A DNA stretch of 64,000 nucleotides from Hydrolagus affinis (taxonomy: Eukaryota): contig JAAILG010000910.1 of the NCBI GenBank assembly GCA_012026655.1, positions 1 through 64,000 of the forward strand. The letters are read 5' to 3'. The notes beneath the pieces were generated by a model, which made no database searches, was not told where the DNA came from, and saw only the letters and a list, made by a program, of their open reading frames with translations. A program made the position numbers and the translations under genes. The number at the start of each line of letters is the position of its first letter. Positions within the stretch are counted from its first letter, which is position 1. This document shows, in pieces, positions 38,821 through 53,080 of this stretch.

Positions 38821-40891
38821 CTTGCTATTCATTATTCTGTATGTTATCCATTGCTGTTAAAACCATAAATTCCTGTGGTTCATACCTCAACCTTTTGCCC
38901 TAAATTGCTTAAACTCACATGCATCAATATTTATTCTCAGCCAGCTGCCCTTGTAAATGACCAATGTTCTGACCGGTCTTGTTAACAATTTCCATGGGTA
39001 ACTCACTCCATTCCCAGAAGAGCAATCAATTCTCATGAGAAACTCATTTCTATAATGAATGTCTGCTACACATTTTATTTAAAAGGACCATAACACATGC
39101 ATTGATATCACATCACGGAGGTACCTACCTGTCATGGGTTATGAGAGACCTGTCTCCGTTAGTGGAACATATAACCTCACATCTATGTCTAAAAGCTGTA
39201 ATAATCTTGGGATGTGATTGTTAAGTTGAATTTAAACCATTTGAAGACTGACTGTATATGAATTTAAACCTATAAAACTTCTCACTTCAAACTTCTATCT
39301 AATTTAAATATGATAAAACAACATTTCTCATGCTAAGGCACATTGCAAGCCTATAGTGAAAATTCAACAAACAGAAGCTTACAGAACACAATTACAAACT
39401 CCCCTCAGTCCTCCATTCCCCATAAATCAAAAGAGCAAACATACAAGATCAGAACATTTTCCCAAATGTTCGTATAAACAGAAAATCATGACAAATTTCA
39501 AATGGACTGTCCGCCTTCTGTTATCAATCTATCTGATATTTGCTGCTCTTCTGCAATGTCAATAAACAAGAAGTAGTTTTTTGTTGTATCTAAAAACATT
39601 GAATTCTCATATATCATTGAAAGTTGCATGGTAGTAATTTTACCTATTTTACATTGTGTAATTGTTCAATCACCCTTAATAAATTAACAGTAATTACATA
39701 ATGAATGTCTTCTAATTTTTTTAAGTTGTGGTTGTGGACTTTGAGGGTGATTTTTCCATTAAGTTACTTTGATCTTCAATATAAAATAGACTTTAACGTA
39801 CCATATTTTGTATTTTCAATGCTTATACGGTAGCCCTTTATTCCAATTGAATTGAACACTTAACCATCCTTGTAGGTATTCTTCAGAGTTAGTCCACTCA
39901 TTCAAAAGTCAGTTCAATAGAGCTATGCTTAGAAAGGAGCTATATTTGACATATGTGAAGAATAGTGCTCAGTGGCAGTAAGAGAATAACCTTCAGTGAT
40001 GAATTAACCAATAACCCCCGTGTACTCTACAGGGGAATTGAGAATAGGCCAGAGGATTGAAGGATGATACCCCAGGTGTCGTCCTTCAATTGCCTGGTTT
40101 ATCCTCAATTCTTTGCTACCCATGCACAAGTATGTTGTTCCTACTCAATCACTGTTTCAAAATGTTGAAGACAATGAGGACAGACTTTTGTGTTTAAATA
40201 TGGCACTTCAGGATATCCTTAGGATTGGTTCTGTAAGCCAATCAGAGTGGGATTGGCCACAGCTAAGGTTAAATACACCGCAGTCTTCCAATTTAAATAA
40301 CACATAAATTTCTCAAATTGTTACTCGGTTAAAACAATTCCGACTGAGATTTGCAAAGCAAAAAATAACTCAAAACAATTGAATCCATAATGCACTAAAA
40401 ATACATTTGCATTCAATTTGGGAGCAGAATACAGCAGTGTTTTGCAAAACTCAATCCCAATATGAATCAACAAACAATATCCAAGTCTCCAGAAGCAAAT
40501 AAAAAACAAAAACCTCACAAGAGTCTAAATATTATTTCTCGTTTCCTTAGAATAACTTTCAAAGTTTTCCTTGAAAAGTGTAAAAAGGCATTTTAGCCCG
40601 CATGACCCTGTGGCTGTTCATCTGCCCACCTCTCTGAAAAGTTAACACTTGGTAAACTTAAGTAACTTGAAAAAAAAAAAGTCTTTGAATTATTAGCATT
40701 GACGATGAGAAATGTATCCTTTTCTAGCTGGTTGTCAGTGTTTAATGGTAAAGCAGAATGCATATGGGCCAGTCCAGGCATGAAGGGCAGTAGGACACTC
40801 ATGCGACAAGATACTCTGTCCCTCAGTGAGATCAGAAGCCTGTCACTTCCCTCATCCAGACTGTCAGCCTTGAGACATTAACTAGCCTCAC

Positions 40892-40933
40892 CTCTGTGTT
40901 GTATACTCCATATATCAGGAAGATGAAGAGACC
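40892..40933 (-). CDS. Adhesion GPCR (ADGRD/GPR133-GPR144-like) exon encoding TM7, GLFIFLIYGVYNTE
   Basis: 42 nt, phase 0-0. Acceptor ctttctccccctccttttgtctttacag|GGT, donor GAG|gtgagg. The peptide matches the class B2 TM7 motif (Q)GLFIFxx...NxEV and the exon boundaries I recall for ADGRD1 (GLFIFLFHCLLNSE). Confidence 0.93.
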
Positions 40934-41484
40934 CTGTAAAGACAAAAGGAGGGGGAGAAAGCTGTTAAGTGTAATCATTTATTGACTTGCAATTCTGAAA
41001 AAAAAGTTTCCTGCAAACACACACAAAGGGGCTTTGGAACCTACAAGGTCGAGTTTTATTTTTCAATTTCATGAACCACAGCTCAAGTATCTACCAGAGA
41101 GGATAGCAGCTCTTTAGGATTCTCCTTTACCCAACTGAATAGTAGTCAAGGCTATCAAAACAATTGAGGACCTTGGGAAGGGGCTGGTTCCATTGAAACT
41201 GCAACAACAATTAGCACAATCAATGTTGCTGCAGAAACTCATCAGTATGAATAAGCAATACTGAAATCAATGCATATTATTCCAAAAATCTGAAAATGTT
41301 CTGTAAACCACCAATCAAACAAAAAAGGAAATCCAGTTTCAGACAATAAACTGTCTCTCTCTTACATTAAAAAATTCTGAATGCAACATTTTCACACGTC
41401 GGTTCTGTATAACACCAGACACAAATTTCCTCTGTTTATTACAAAACAAAATGTTTGGTATCGTTGATAGTAGTTTCTGTGTTA

Positions 41485-41760
41485 CAAAGCCCTGAATTCA
41501 AGTTCCACACCAGGGCATGGAGTACAGTGTCACAGGTGCAATCTTGAATGCAAGGCTTTAAACCAAGGTCCAGTCTAACTGTTCATGTAGCAGTTATTAT
41601 ATCCCATGGCACTATTCAAAAAGGGAAAGGAGTTTCTAACTCCTGGGATCTGGGCCAACAATTCCAGCTAAATTGGTCTTGCACCTCATAGATGTTTACG
41701 GGGTGTTTCCTGGTGCAATAGCATTGGTGTGTATTCACAACTACTTTCACTACACTTGAT
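41485..41760 (+). mobile_element. Decayed Deu-domain SINE
   Basis: ttaaaccaaggtccagtct...atcccatggcactattcaaaaaggg. Confidence 0.7.
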
Positions 41761-42469
41761 AACGCAACCCTCCCTGCCCTCCACCCTCCCACCCTGTTAT
41801 GAAACAATGACACTGGGATCGGATTTGCAGTTCAAGTTTAAAAATGATACATGTACAGTACATGGATTCCACAAACGGACAACTGAATCTATGAGTGGGA
41901 AATGGAATGCATTACCTGGTTTCATGAACATCAGCATAGAAGATGATGATTGGGGAGGTGTGACCCAATGCTGATTATATCTGGGTAAATTCCTCATGAT
42001 ACATTACAGCTTTCTAATTGAATCTGCATATTACACCTCACCATGACTTGGTCAATGTGTGTGCTCTGATATCTGAAGCTCCCACCAATGGGATGTGTCT
42101 GAAGCATCAAGCCTCCAAAGCCATTAGGTGGTGCTGCTGCTGTTTCTCCTTTTGAGACTGTGTTTCATTTTCAGTATGTACAGGTCAGGGCTGATGCATT
42201 TCATTTTAGGCAGCACACATATTACTGAGCAATTGAATTGCTGCTATCAGATAACAGATGTATTTAGCTATCTCTGTAAATGTCCTAGAAATTATTCTTT
42301 AAATGGGTGCTTTGGCACAAAGGATGTAGAGTGAAGATGAGTCTGGAAGTATGCTTTACACTCTGTGGTATACTTATACTTGTGTCCAGCTGAATTTGTG
42401 ACATGTTGAAGTACTAATGGATTCTTTGTACCCTACATCCGTACCATGACCTGATCTGCCTTACACCAC

Positions 42470-43112
42470 CTGCCTAACATTGCCCGGCTCCACCACTTTC
42501 TCACATCACAGACTGTTGAAATTCTTATACATGCATTCATAACATCCAGGTTTGACTATGCAAACTCCTTGCTAATTGGCCTCCCCAACTCAGCCCTCCA
42601 TGGGATGCAGAACATCTAGAACTCTGCAACCCGTGTCCTCTCCCGCACTAGGCTCCATGACCACCATCACCCCCACTCTCACCCAACACACAAAGGATAC
42701 AGTTCATGATCCAGGTCTTCACATTTAAAACCCTCCATGACTTCATTCCCCCACCCTCCCTCTGCAATCTCCTAACCCCTGACCAAACTGCCCGCTCCCT
42801 CCGCTCGGTGGGCTCTGGCCTGCTTTACATCCCCTGCCTCACCCGCAGCAGCACTGGTGGGTGGGCCTTCAGCCATACTGTCCACACCCTCTGGAACTCC
42901 ATCCCACAGTTCCTCTGTTCTCTCCCCATCCCTTGCTTCCTTCAAGACCCAACTCAAGGCCCTCCACTTTGACCATGCCTTCAATCAACCTCCTTCCTCC
43001 CTTGCCCTCCACCCTCCCTACTCACAGCTCGGGTCTGGAATACTGTCTGTCCAGCGCCTTGGGACATTCTCCCAATGTGAAAGATGTCATACAAATGTAA
43101 TTTTGTTATTGT
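42470..43112 (+). mobile_element. L2 LINE 3' fragment (about 640 bp)
   Basis: Encodes HAFITSRFDYANSLLIGLP, RSLRS and GGWAFSHTVHTLWNSIP motifs, and ends in the L2 tail gcgccttgggacattctccc...acaaatgtaattttgtt. Confidence 0.9.
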
Positions 43113-43194
43113 ATATCTATTTGCTGAGTTGAATTCTCTGTTTCTGAACAGTATTTGTTAATTTCCTCTATATCCATTACCAGCCTATTAAACA

Positions 43195-43450
43195 AATAAA
43201 CAAACCTTACATTTGTCAAAATATCTCAAAGCTGCTTCACATTAATTATTGTCATTCTGTAAGCAAACATGGCAGTCAATTTGGTATTGCTAAGTACACC
43301 AGCAGCAGTTTGGGAGAAACTCACTTTCTTTTCCAATAGTGTCATGGAATATTTAATGTCCACCTGAACAGGCAGACAAGACCTTGGTTTAATGTCTCAT
43401 CCAAAGCATGGTACTACCCAACTGGAGTGTCAGTCTAGGCTGTGAGTAAA
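43195..43450 (-). mobile_element. Decayed Deu-domain SINE
   Basis: aatagtgtcatggaatatttaatgtccacctgaacaggcagac...ggtttaatgtctcatccaaa. Confidence 0.72.
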
Positions 43451-46400
43451 ATGGCACACAGTGACATGCATTCAATTATTTTTTAACCATTTATTGATGT
43501 TACAAAACCTCTCGAGTTGTCCACTGATAAAGATCACCATTTCTTCCCCCTGTGACCTCTCCACCATGCCCCTCCCACTACTTCAACATGATGAAAAGAT
43601 TGTGTGACAATTTCAAAACCCCAATTGCTAAGAGAATGGTCCGATGGGCTACTCGTACATCTTTTATGGCAAACAATCTGTATTTTGCACAGAAATTGAG
43701 CACATATTTGTGCAAGTTCATAAATCAGCACAAATAGGCTCTAAAAATAGCAATTTCACAAGAACTCAGAAGAAAATTGTGATACATGTGGAATTGCACT
43801 TGAACTGCGCTCTAAACACCAGACACAATATGTATTTTTTTCACTGTATGTTTTAAATGACTCCGACAGTCGTAATTTTCAGCATTTCCTTCCAGCTGCA
43901 GCTATTAAAAGCCAAAGTTTGACAGGTTTTATAACCTTCCCCTTACTACCCTTTCTCTTCAAACTATTGTTTTTATGAAATGTTACTTTCATTCAACAAG
44001 TGATTCAACAATCTTCAATTGAATGTTTGAGCAGGTCATAAAAAAGATTAAATCATTCATCGCAAAGCTATAAAAAGTTACAAAGTACTTCACTGCCAAT
44101 ACCAACAAATCAGATCATGACGTATTATTCTCCGGTTCTGTTTGTTGTGCTAGAAGGTGCTATTATAACTGTGAGCATTTATGCAATTTCAATCAAGTGT
44201 GGGATATAGTTTACCTAATGATGTTAAACTGAGGATATAGAATTTTACTGAATTGTAGGCAAATCTGTTATAGAATTGTCTCATTTAAGCTATCAAGTTG
44301 CCTCCTCAATGTGATTTTATTGAATTTTATATCTCTGAATATTTCTGAGGTCTTTTGATCTGATCAGAGCACAAAGGCTTATTCAAGTCACAAAGAGTGA
44401 CGTTACTAATGCCCCCTTTAAATTGCACATACGGTGCCATCCCCATTGATCAGTAATAGACATGAATATCAATGACCACTAGGAGGTGGGCTTTCAAATG
44501 TCATCGGCATACAATATAATAGATCAAATAAGTCAAGAAACACATGGACCAGTAGTCTTTCCATGGGCCACAGATAGAGAAATGCTATCAGGCCTGCAAC
44601 AGCAAGAATTTTCATTTATATTGTGTCTTTCACATAGTATAATGTCTCAAAGCACTTTACAGAGATGGAGTGGAAACCCAGTACCATTGATTGACGTTGC
44701 ATTTATACTGTTAGCTTGGCAGCAAATCAACTTGATTTTTCCAGTTATTCTCTGCCAAATATATAACATGAATGAGGACTCAGACATAACAAAACATGTT
44801 ATTTGAGAGTGATAGGGTTAATATTACAGTAATATAGCTCTTCTCATGTTTGACTGGCGTTATTATTGTAATATTAATGTTTGTTTCATTAGTGCAACAA
44901 CTGAAAATGTACAGTCAGTCCTCTCTCCCTGACACTCCCTGATGGAAATATCAATAGAACCGCTACCATTGTAGAGAATGAAAGAATAATCCTACCTGCA
45001 TTGTTATATACCAACTTAACAGCTCTTGGAAAATGATTTCATACATTAGTCACACATTTCTCCATGCACATTCATGTAAATAACAGTATTGAACTGTTTA
45101 CATTTGGACTTACATGAAGCGAGAAAAGTCTAAATAATTTCTTGCACTGTAAAAGTCTTGGGATGTCCTACCAATAGGAAAGGCGCCATGTAAATGCAAT
45201 TTGTTGTTGGCAGTTGTTGCTGTTGTCTAGTATTTGAGAAGCAAATTTATTTGAGAAAGTGCGCAAGGATGTAGCACACATGTAAATGGAAGCATAAAAC
45301 AGCCAAAGCTAATAAATGTCCCAAATAGGGACACCATCTAAAAGGAAGAGCTGGATCTTGAAATGTGAGCTAAAAATCACAGTGAAAGCAATTAACTGTA
45401 CACAGCAAGCACTTACTTGCAAAGAGCACGATAAAAGGAGTAGAGGGTTTGCATCTTTCACTCACTTGCACTCCCCCAGTAGGTTGACTGAGAGAAGTCT
45501 ACACCTGTCCAGACGCCAAAGGCTATTTTACTCTCTTTTCTTTCAGAAACTGAAACACCAACAAACAGCTTCATGAATTTGTTTTTGCAACCTATGTCAC
45601 AAAGATTTCAAAGTAATAGTCCTTCAATACCTCAGGATTTAAAAGCACTTAAGCATAAGTCAGTGTTACTGTATTTCAGTAAACACTTCCATGAGGGAAA
45701 AAAAAGTCAATGTACACCAATCACTTTTAAATCTTTTGATTAATGAGATTCATTAGACTTTATGAGCTTCAAATCAATATATTTCAGTTGTTAGTCTGAA
45801 ATTGTCTTGTGCTGGTACTGAAAATCTATCACTTAAATTTACCAAGAAAGAAACTCTGCAGTTGGCACAAAAAATTATTTAAATCTTACTACTCACACGG
45901 TTTAAGCAGAGCAATAAGTTATGTTTAGAATTTAATAACTGAGGTTTAAGGAAATAAATTGAGCACGCAACTGCATTTGAACCTCACCTTATGGGCAACT
46001 CAGTAATGAAGGAAACTCACTGCTTAGGCAACTTTTTCTGTTTTATCATCCGACCCCAAATTCCAAATTCATTACTTATATCTATATAAGGGCATATAGG
46101 ATAGGTGTTGACTGTCCCTAATACAGTAGTACCTTTCCACTGTTGTTTCCATATCATTTTCCCACACATTTTCCCCATTGTGAATGTGCCTCAATAAATC
46201 TTACTGAACTCCCACTCCCTTCCTTCCACTTTTTTTAAATGCTCAAAAGTGCTGCCACCCGGTGTGAAGGGCACTATATAAAGCTGATGTTGTTATTCTT
46301 TGCCACCCATGGCATTCTTGGCTGCTTTGAACCAACTATTATAACCATTTGTTGTTACATGTTGTATCTCCTCATGCGCATTTCTAATTAACATGACATT

Positions 46401-49400
46401 GGTGAAAGGATTTTTTTCTCCATTTATATGTATAATAAAATTTGATGTTAATAATCAATCAGTTTCTACCCAATGACTAAATTCAGATTAGGTCAAAAAT
46501 GAAAATAAATATTGCCCTTTAATGGTCATCATACCATTCTCTCTTGTTTTGTTCTGGCCAACATTTGAGAGTAAAAGAAAACAAAGGTTTTCGGGCTTAT
46601 TCTATTCTGACTGTTTCAATGGTGCTTGTTTTATGATAATAATATAATAATCCTTGCATTTTCACATCTTCTAGACGTCTCAAAGCGCTTCACAGAATAT
46701 ACTTTAAGCCCTAAATAATGCAAACTTTTTATCATTATAAAGTTCCAGAGGAAAAACATTTGCAATTGGTACAAGAAAGAACCCAATGTGGAAAATGTTC
46801 TGATGAGCTAAGCTCTACTGTGGTTTGTTGGCTAAGTGTAGGGAATCTGTCAATGTATGCTTACGAGTAACTAATAAGGGCAGAGCATTGCACAGGATGG
46901 GAAAATACTATTGTGATCCATCACACCCAAGTGATACCAATAATAAGTAATCCTTATCTGCACTATCAACTGAATTCTTTGCCAAATAGTTGTCTCAAAT
47001 TTTGATGCCAAAATCTGTCTCTACGGCTTCCGCAGGAAGTCTCTTGACATATTCAAAAAATGTTTTTGTAAAATAATGAAGTTTGAACAATTTGTTCACC
47101 TTCCCTCTTCTGAACTGAAGGCCATGTCTCCTTCCTCCACATTGTTGGAGCATGTTAAATATTATTAGGGTTGAATTTTAGGTAATGTAGACAACTATTA
47201 TTACTTTTGAATGTAAAATTGAATTTACACACATTTACTATAGTTCCAAAATAGTTATAAGATTCTCAGTATTTTACTCGCCTGAATAAACAACACTTTT
47301 AACTCTCAAGTATAAAGGCATTTAAATAATAGGGCAGAATTCTATTATTAGTAGTTTTCTCCAATAAAAGATATACCACTGTTTTTACACAACATAAATT
47401 GCTACGTTAAGCCATTGAGCTGAGCAAAATGCAATGCATTAGATATATTATGATTAAATATAATAACTGTAACCATACTTGCTATAAACCTTCATAGAAT
47501 CCATTCAACCATATAGTAATTCCCAAAGCCTTGCCATAATGTAGAGCACAAATATTTCTGTTCAAATTTGATATGATATATCAGTGAAGCATTTACTGCT
47601 AAAAAGAGATTGAGAGCAAATGTATCTTCCGCCACTATGAATAAAAGCCCTAGTTTCTCATTACTTTGTGACAAGACACAGGAATTCACTTTAGTTTTCA
47701 TTTAGGCTTTCTGCCTCAGTTTATGGATGTATGCCTTCATGCTTTTATTCCTTCTTGGCTTCACACATATGTAATAAATGATTATAAATTTCCACAGATG
47801 ACCGCCTCTCTTCCTCACTCACACTAAATGCGCAAACTTTGGAAGTTGCAAGTAAAACTCAACAAACAGATTTATTTATGATGTTGTCCTTGGTAACCGA
47901 AATTTCAATGTACTGATGAAAAGTATGATTAAAGATGAAGCAAGCAGCGACAAGGAGAACCAGGGACGCTCCTCTATTTTTCACTGCAAATATATAATAG
48001 TGCTTGACATCAGATTCACACAGAGTTGACCAGATATAGTGATAAAAAGAACTTGCAACTGTGTAAATGGCTATTTGCCTTTCTAAGTTTACTTTGCAAG
48101 CCTTTTATCTGAAACTGCTGGGTAAATGTGTGCAGGGTGTGCGAGCGGTGTGTATAACAAACCTTAATTCATCAAGCCAGACTTACAAAATTGTATCCTA
48201 TGCTGAATTTGATGGATCTAAAAGTGATTCCACTAAATAGATTTTGGGTATCTTATCATAGCTAGTTCAGGAAAGTTACTGGTCAAGTACGTGCAGCTAT
48301 GTGCAAAACTACCAATATGTAAATACTCAGGAATTCTGATCAACAGGATTCTAGGAACATGACGCACATTGTTGATGGTTTGGCCACCCAAGAAAATTAG
48401 ATGAATTTCATTAGTTTTAAGCCACAGTAATTGTTACCCAAGGCATCAACTGGAATAAGTTATCCACGCTAATACATGCAAGTGTCTCGACATTCAGTTA
48501 TATAGTTTCTTTTCTTCTCTCCCACTCCTCCATATTATATTTTAGTTTTACTGTGCATCACAAACATTCTCATGTAACTGAATTACATCTGTGTTATGTA
48601 TTATTGTCACAGCTCCTTTATTTCCTAGCTTCTACTACTGCACAAGTTTTGGAAGTGTTGAAGGCTTCTTGAAATGTAGCACAATGGTTCAAGACAAGAG
48701 TCACCACTTATTAAGGCAACAAATAAGGTTTATTTTCAAGGCCATCTCCTAGGTAGTGACCTGGAGCAGTACGTGTATTTTAACTATGCAATACAATTTT
48801 AACAGCTCTGCCTATTAACTAGGCATAATGTTCTTAAGTCTCTAACCAACCTGAAGATGTAAGAAAATTAGGAGGAAATATTAAAAAAAAGGCTTAAATA
48901 AGTGCCTAAAAAGTAGAGAATAGTCAAAGAAAGGCCAGTCCTGGCTTGGGAATGAGAGAATGCCATTGATGTTCAATACTGTAGTTTTTTTTAAACAGAA
49001 AAAGTGAAAGCAGGACTGTGGTAGTACCCGACGAGAATGATAGGAACAGTGTTTACTAGAGCTAAATATTAAAAGAGAACCACATTAAATAGTTAACGGG
49101 AATTAAACTATTGAGTTGACAGGCCTGAATAGTATGCAACACAAAATATTAAAGATCAGGGAAGAGATAGTTTCTGACTACATCCAAACTATTCACATTC
49201 AATTTAAAGGTGGTGATTGATGCTCTGAGTGGCAGTGCTCTTTCATTAAATGTGCTTGTTGGAGTGAACAATGCGTTATTCCCTCTGATAGCTGTTACAC
49301 TGTGGTACATTCCATTCCTGAAGTTGTTCCAGTTCATAGCCTCCCCTTTGGAATTCCCCCTCACCCCCTCACCACCCCATCCACCAATGTTCAAATGGTT

Positions 49401-50144
49401 TAATCCTAAACCCACTTGTTGCGGCTATTGATCCTGACACACACAGATCATTCCAGTGCTGGTTCAGGGAACACTGGCTTAACTCAGCTGTAAAAGTTGT
49501 CCGACATTGTCATAGTATGCTACACAAGGCACCACCTGAAACATCACAGCCCGTATTTCAATTAGTAACACTACAGTTCAAAACAAATAAGTCAATATCA
49601 ACTATTAACAAAATAGATTAAGAACCATTTCCAATTAATCCACCTCAAACACCACTGACTATTTCAGGTAGTGTTCTCCATCTTTTAATTCAGTCTCTGA
49701 ACTTTCTTTCTGGGTTACTGGCTAGTTCATTGTGACACTGAACATATGGACCCAATTGCTAAAATGGTGCTGGGGAGGTTAAATACTGTGGAAGAGTTCA
49801 AACTTTATGTAGAGGACACAGTAATGCCTTTGACCTTTCTCATAAAAAGTGCATTTATCACAACATTTGCCTGCTTTTAACTTACATTTTCAAGGCCTGT
49901 ATAAAGTGTTTGCAGTCCAATATAAGTTTCAGGTTGAAGCAATGCACAACCCTGACCAACAGCAGCATATTGCTCTGGGATCTTTTTAAAGTTAACAATC
50001 ATTGAGCCATAAAGAATTCAATAATCGGTGATAAGCACGAAAACAGCTCAAGATCTAATGATAAAGTATTGGGTTTTGGTGCAAGCTTTTGATTCCTGGG
50101 GGCAAAGAATGAATTACAGGATTTATTTACGCAATTATAAAAAA

Positions 50145-50355
50145 TTAATCCTTGCCCTTGATACAGTATATCACTTCGTTGGGACGTCTCAAAGCGCTTC
50201 ACACAATATAATGTCAAATGGATTGACTGTATATTTGGGGGGTGAAATGCAGCTGCTAATTGCACACAGCTGTGTCCTACAAACAGTCATGGATTGAGTG
50301 ACAAAATGATTATTATTTTATTTATTAATTTGAAGGAATTATTGCCCACGGAAAG
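50145..50355 (-). mobile_element. SINE family A 3' half
   Basis: gacgtctcaaagcgcttcaca...gcacacagctgtgtcctacaaacagtcatggattgagtgac. Confidence 0.8.
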
Positions 50356-51574
50356 CAATCGATCTGACAATTGTTACATGTATCATCAAGTATTTAATGA
50401 TTCATTAAAGGTCAACAGATCTTAATGAAAACGTTCAGTTTAGAAGCTGCTAATGTAAATATGATTTCAGTTGTTAATTTAGTTAGTTTTTCACCCGCAC
50501 AGTACATATGTGTGTATTTCATCCCTGATTACCTATCATTCTGATAGTAAAATTGAAATCAGAAGTAACTGGACTGAACATTTTGGATGTTTGCATGGTT
50601 ACAGCTGAAGGTTGACTTGTAGAATGATTCCATATTGATATGGATACTTACAAATTCCCCTCAAAAATTCACCTGCCTTTCCAACTTTGAAACAAAATGT
50701 TATAATGCAGGGAAGTGGCTGGTAACCAGTGTGGCCATCAGGAAAGTCACTCTCAACTTATTTGCCTACAAAATACACAGTAACTACAATTTACAGTAAA
50801 TCCTATAAATCTCTTTGTGACCTCCTCCTGACATGAAAGGTGCTGTATCAAATGCAAATTACAAGGATTGTTATTTGACTTCCAGCAAGCACATTTGCCA
50901 CAGGCAGTTAGGCAATCAGACATACAGAACCGTCTCTGCATGCTCCTTCTCAAGAAAAGGAATAAAACGTGGGGGAGGGAGAAGAATTCAAAGATGCGTA
51001 TTAACCTATAAATCTAACTTTCCTCCAATACATGCATTTGGTCATCTTACTGAACAGAAACTTTTACAGCAAATAAGCATTTTCAATTTGATACAGACTC
51101 TTTATTGCGGAGAAAGGAGCCCTGGAATAAAACTTCATGTGCCATAAATGCAGTGGTCAGCTGAACCAAATACATTTATACTGCCAGCATAATTGAATTT
51201 ACCACTAATAAATATGATTTTAAGCACGGTCACATTATCAGCATGAAAGTTTATTGTGCGTAACATTCTTTCACTTTTCCATAGCATAGTATTTTACATC
51301 CGTTATATATTGCGGCTGTTGTTCTGTGGGTCAAATTTCCTTCAAACAGTCACTTATGGATTGTTGCAGAAAACCACAGATTTCATTTAGTCAGATAAAG
51401 ATTTTGTCAATACAATTCTGATCCTTACAACCAATTTTATTTTTAAAATAATTGCAAAAGGCATGTACTACTGGAAACCCATGATCTTTAACCTTCCGGT
51501 GTATATGTTAGCATTTCTGCAATGTTCGAAAATATACAACAATTATAGTTGTTAATAATGCAATACACTACAAC

Positions 51575-51835
51575 CATGTGCTGAGTTAACTGATCTCAGC
51601 TGGGACAGAAGTGGTGTGCTACAAAGGGCCTCTATGCCCTAGGGGAAAAGGGGGGAAAATATATGCCAGCGTTCCTGCTTCTGATCACTAATAAATGACC
51701 ATATACTAGAAAGTGTGTTTGTATAAACGTTTGACGAGGATTGCTTGGCTGCAATAATTCAACATCTTGCCAACATTGATCAGCAGGCATCCACATGACA
51801 AAGGGACTCTTCTCAAGGTATCAGAGGGTAACCAT
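51575..51835 (+). mobile_element. Ancient SINE remnant (AmnSINE2-like)
   Basis: TGTGCTGAGTTAACTGATCTCAGCTGGG...GCTACAAAGGGCCTC...GTTCCTGCTTCTGATCACTA matches a recalled ancient vertebrate SINE consensus. Confidence 0.6.
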
Positions 51836-51856
51836 CACCATGATTGGTGAAGTGTT

Positions 51857-52205
51857 GCACTTAGAGCACACGACTCGCAAGTGAGAGACCTGGGTTTGAT
51901 TCCTGGCAGGGCAAAATGTTGGGCAAGTTTCCTTACTCTGTTTACCTAGCAGTAAGTAAGAAATCAGTTGTTAAGTCGATTGGCGGATTGCTTTTCCAAA
52001 GGTAATAATTCCTTCAAAACAAGATAATAATAAATTGGTCACTTCAAACCACGACTGTTTATCGGACACTGCTGTGCGCAATTGGCTGCCGTGTTTCACC
52101 CACCAAATATACAATAAATTCACTTTACAGTATATTCTGTGAGGCACTTTGAGACATCTCGAAGACATGATATGGCACCAAATCAAATGCAAGGATTATG
52201 ATTAT
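51857..52205 (+). mobile_element. SINE family A, near full length
   Basis: ttagagcac...gacctgggtttgattcctggcaggg...ctctgtttacctagcagtaagta...caaatgcaaggattatg. Confidence 0.88.
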
Positions 52206-52964
52206 AATTTGTATTATTAATGTCACCTCTAGATCTATACCTATTGTTAGAAACTTCAGGAGAGGAAGACAAAACATCTCTTATCTTGTCATGTTAAAAC
52301 ATCTCAAAGAGTTTCATAAGTAATTACACTTGCTTGTCAATTGTGACTGCAGTGCAGAGTACACAAGCGTGTCTTCAAGACTTATTTTCCTATATCTGAT
52401 CAGCTAAACGTTTCTATTGAAATCTATCAGTTTATTCAGCCTCTGAGACCTGTGGGATACATACATTTGAGTAACATTGCTACAATGATGGCAAAAAGTT
52501 TACTTAAAGCCCTGTTGGTCTGAAGATTTGGAGAAAAACAACAACTTCTACTACCTGGATAGAAATGGAATCATATTCTCCTTTCTATAAAATTACTGCA
52601 TTAACAGTGACAAACTGAAAGTCAGAGTTTCAGCAGTGCGGAAATTAGCTAAAATCAAGCTTATAAGTTTAACAATTTCAATTGGCAAAATAGGTGTTGG
52701 TTAGCAAAAACACACTGTTTAATAAGGATATTAAAATACGTGGGCAATCTGGGAAGCCAATTATACTAGGGGTTTATAATGTTATACTTTTTTAGTACTG
52801 TGCCCAAGGCTGATGCATGAGCATCACTGAACTAATTGTGTGCAGTGTGATGAAGTTGTGTGTTTCAAGGATGATCTAATAGTTTACCAATCGCTGCTGG
52901 CTGATGGTATTTATTCTAGCCCCCCCATCCCCATGGTGTTGTGGCTGGTTTAATTCCAAGGGCA

Positions 52965-53080
52965 CAATAATAAGAAACCTTTGATATAATGCCTGCCTTA
53001 TCATGTTTTCTAGACGTCTCAAAGCGCTTCATAGAATATACTGTAAAGTGAATTGACTGTCTATTTTATGGGCGAAATAA
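52965..53080 (-). mobile_element. SINE 3' fragment
   Basis: tagacgtctcaaagcgcttcatagaatatactgtaaagtgaattgactg. Confidence 0.8.

Noticed and set aside
40832-40891. Read-through of the TM7 donor giving VRLVNVSRLTVWMREVTGF*
   Set aside because: GTGAGG encoding VR is explained by the splice consensus itself, and nothing else supports an isoform.
48860-49200. Possible very old CR1 RT fragment
   Set aside because: Only a faint resemblance to the K.PGPD..HP..LKE motif, too decayed to call.
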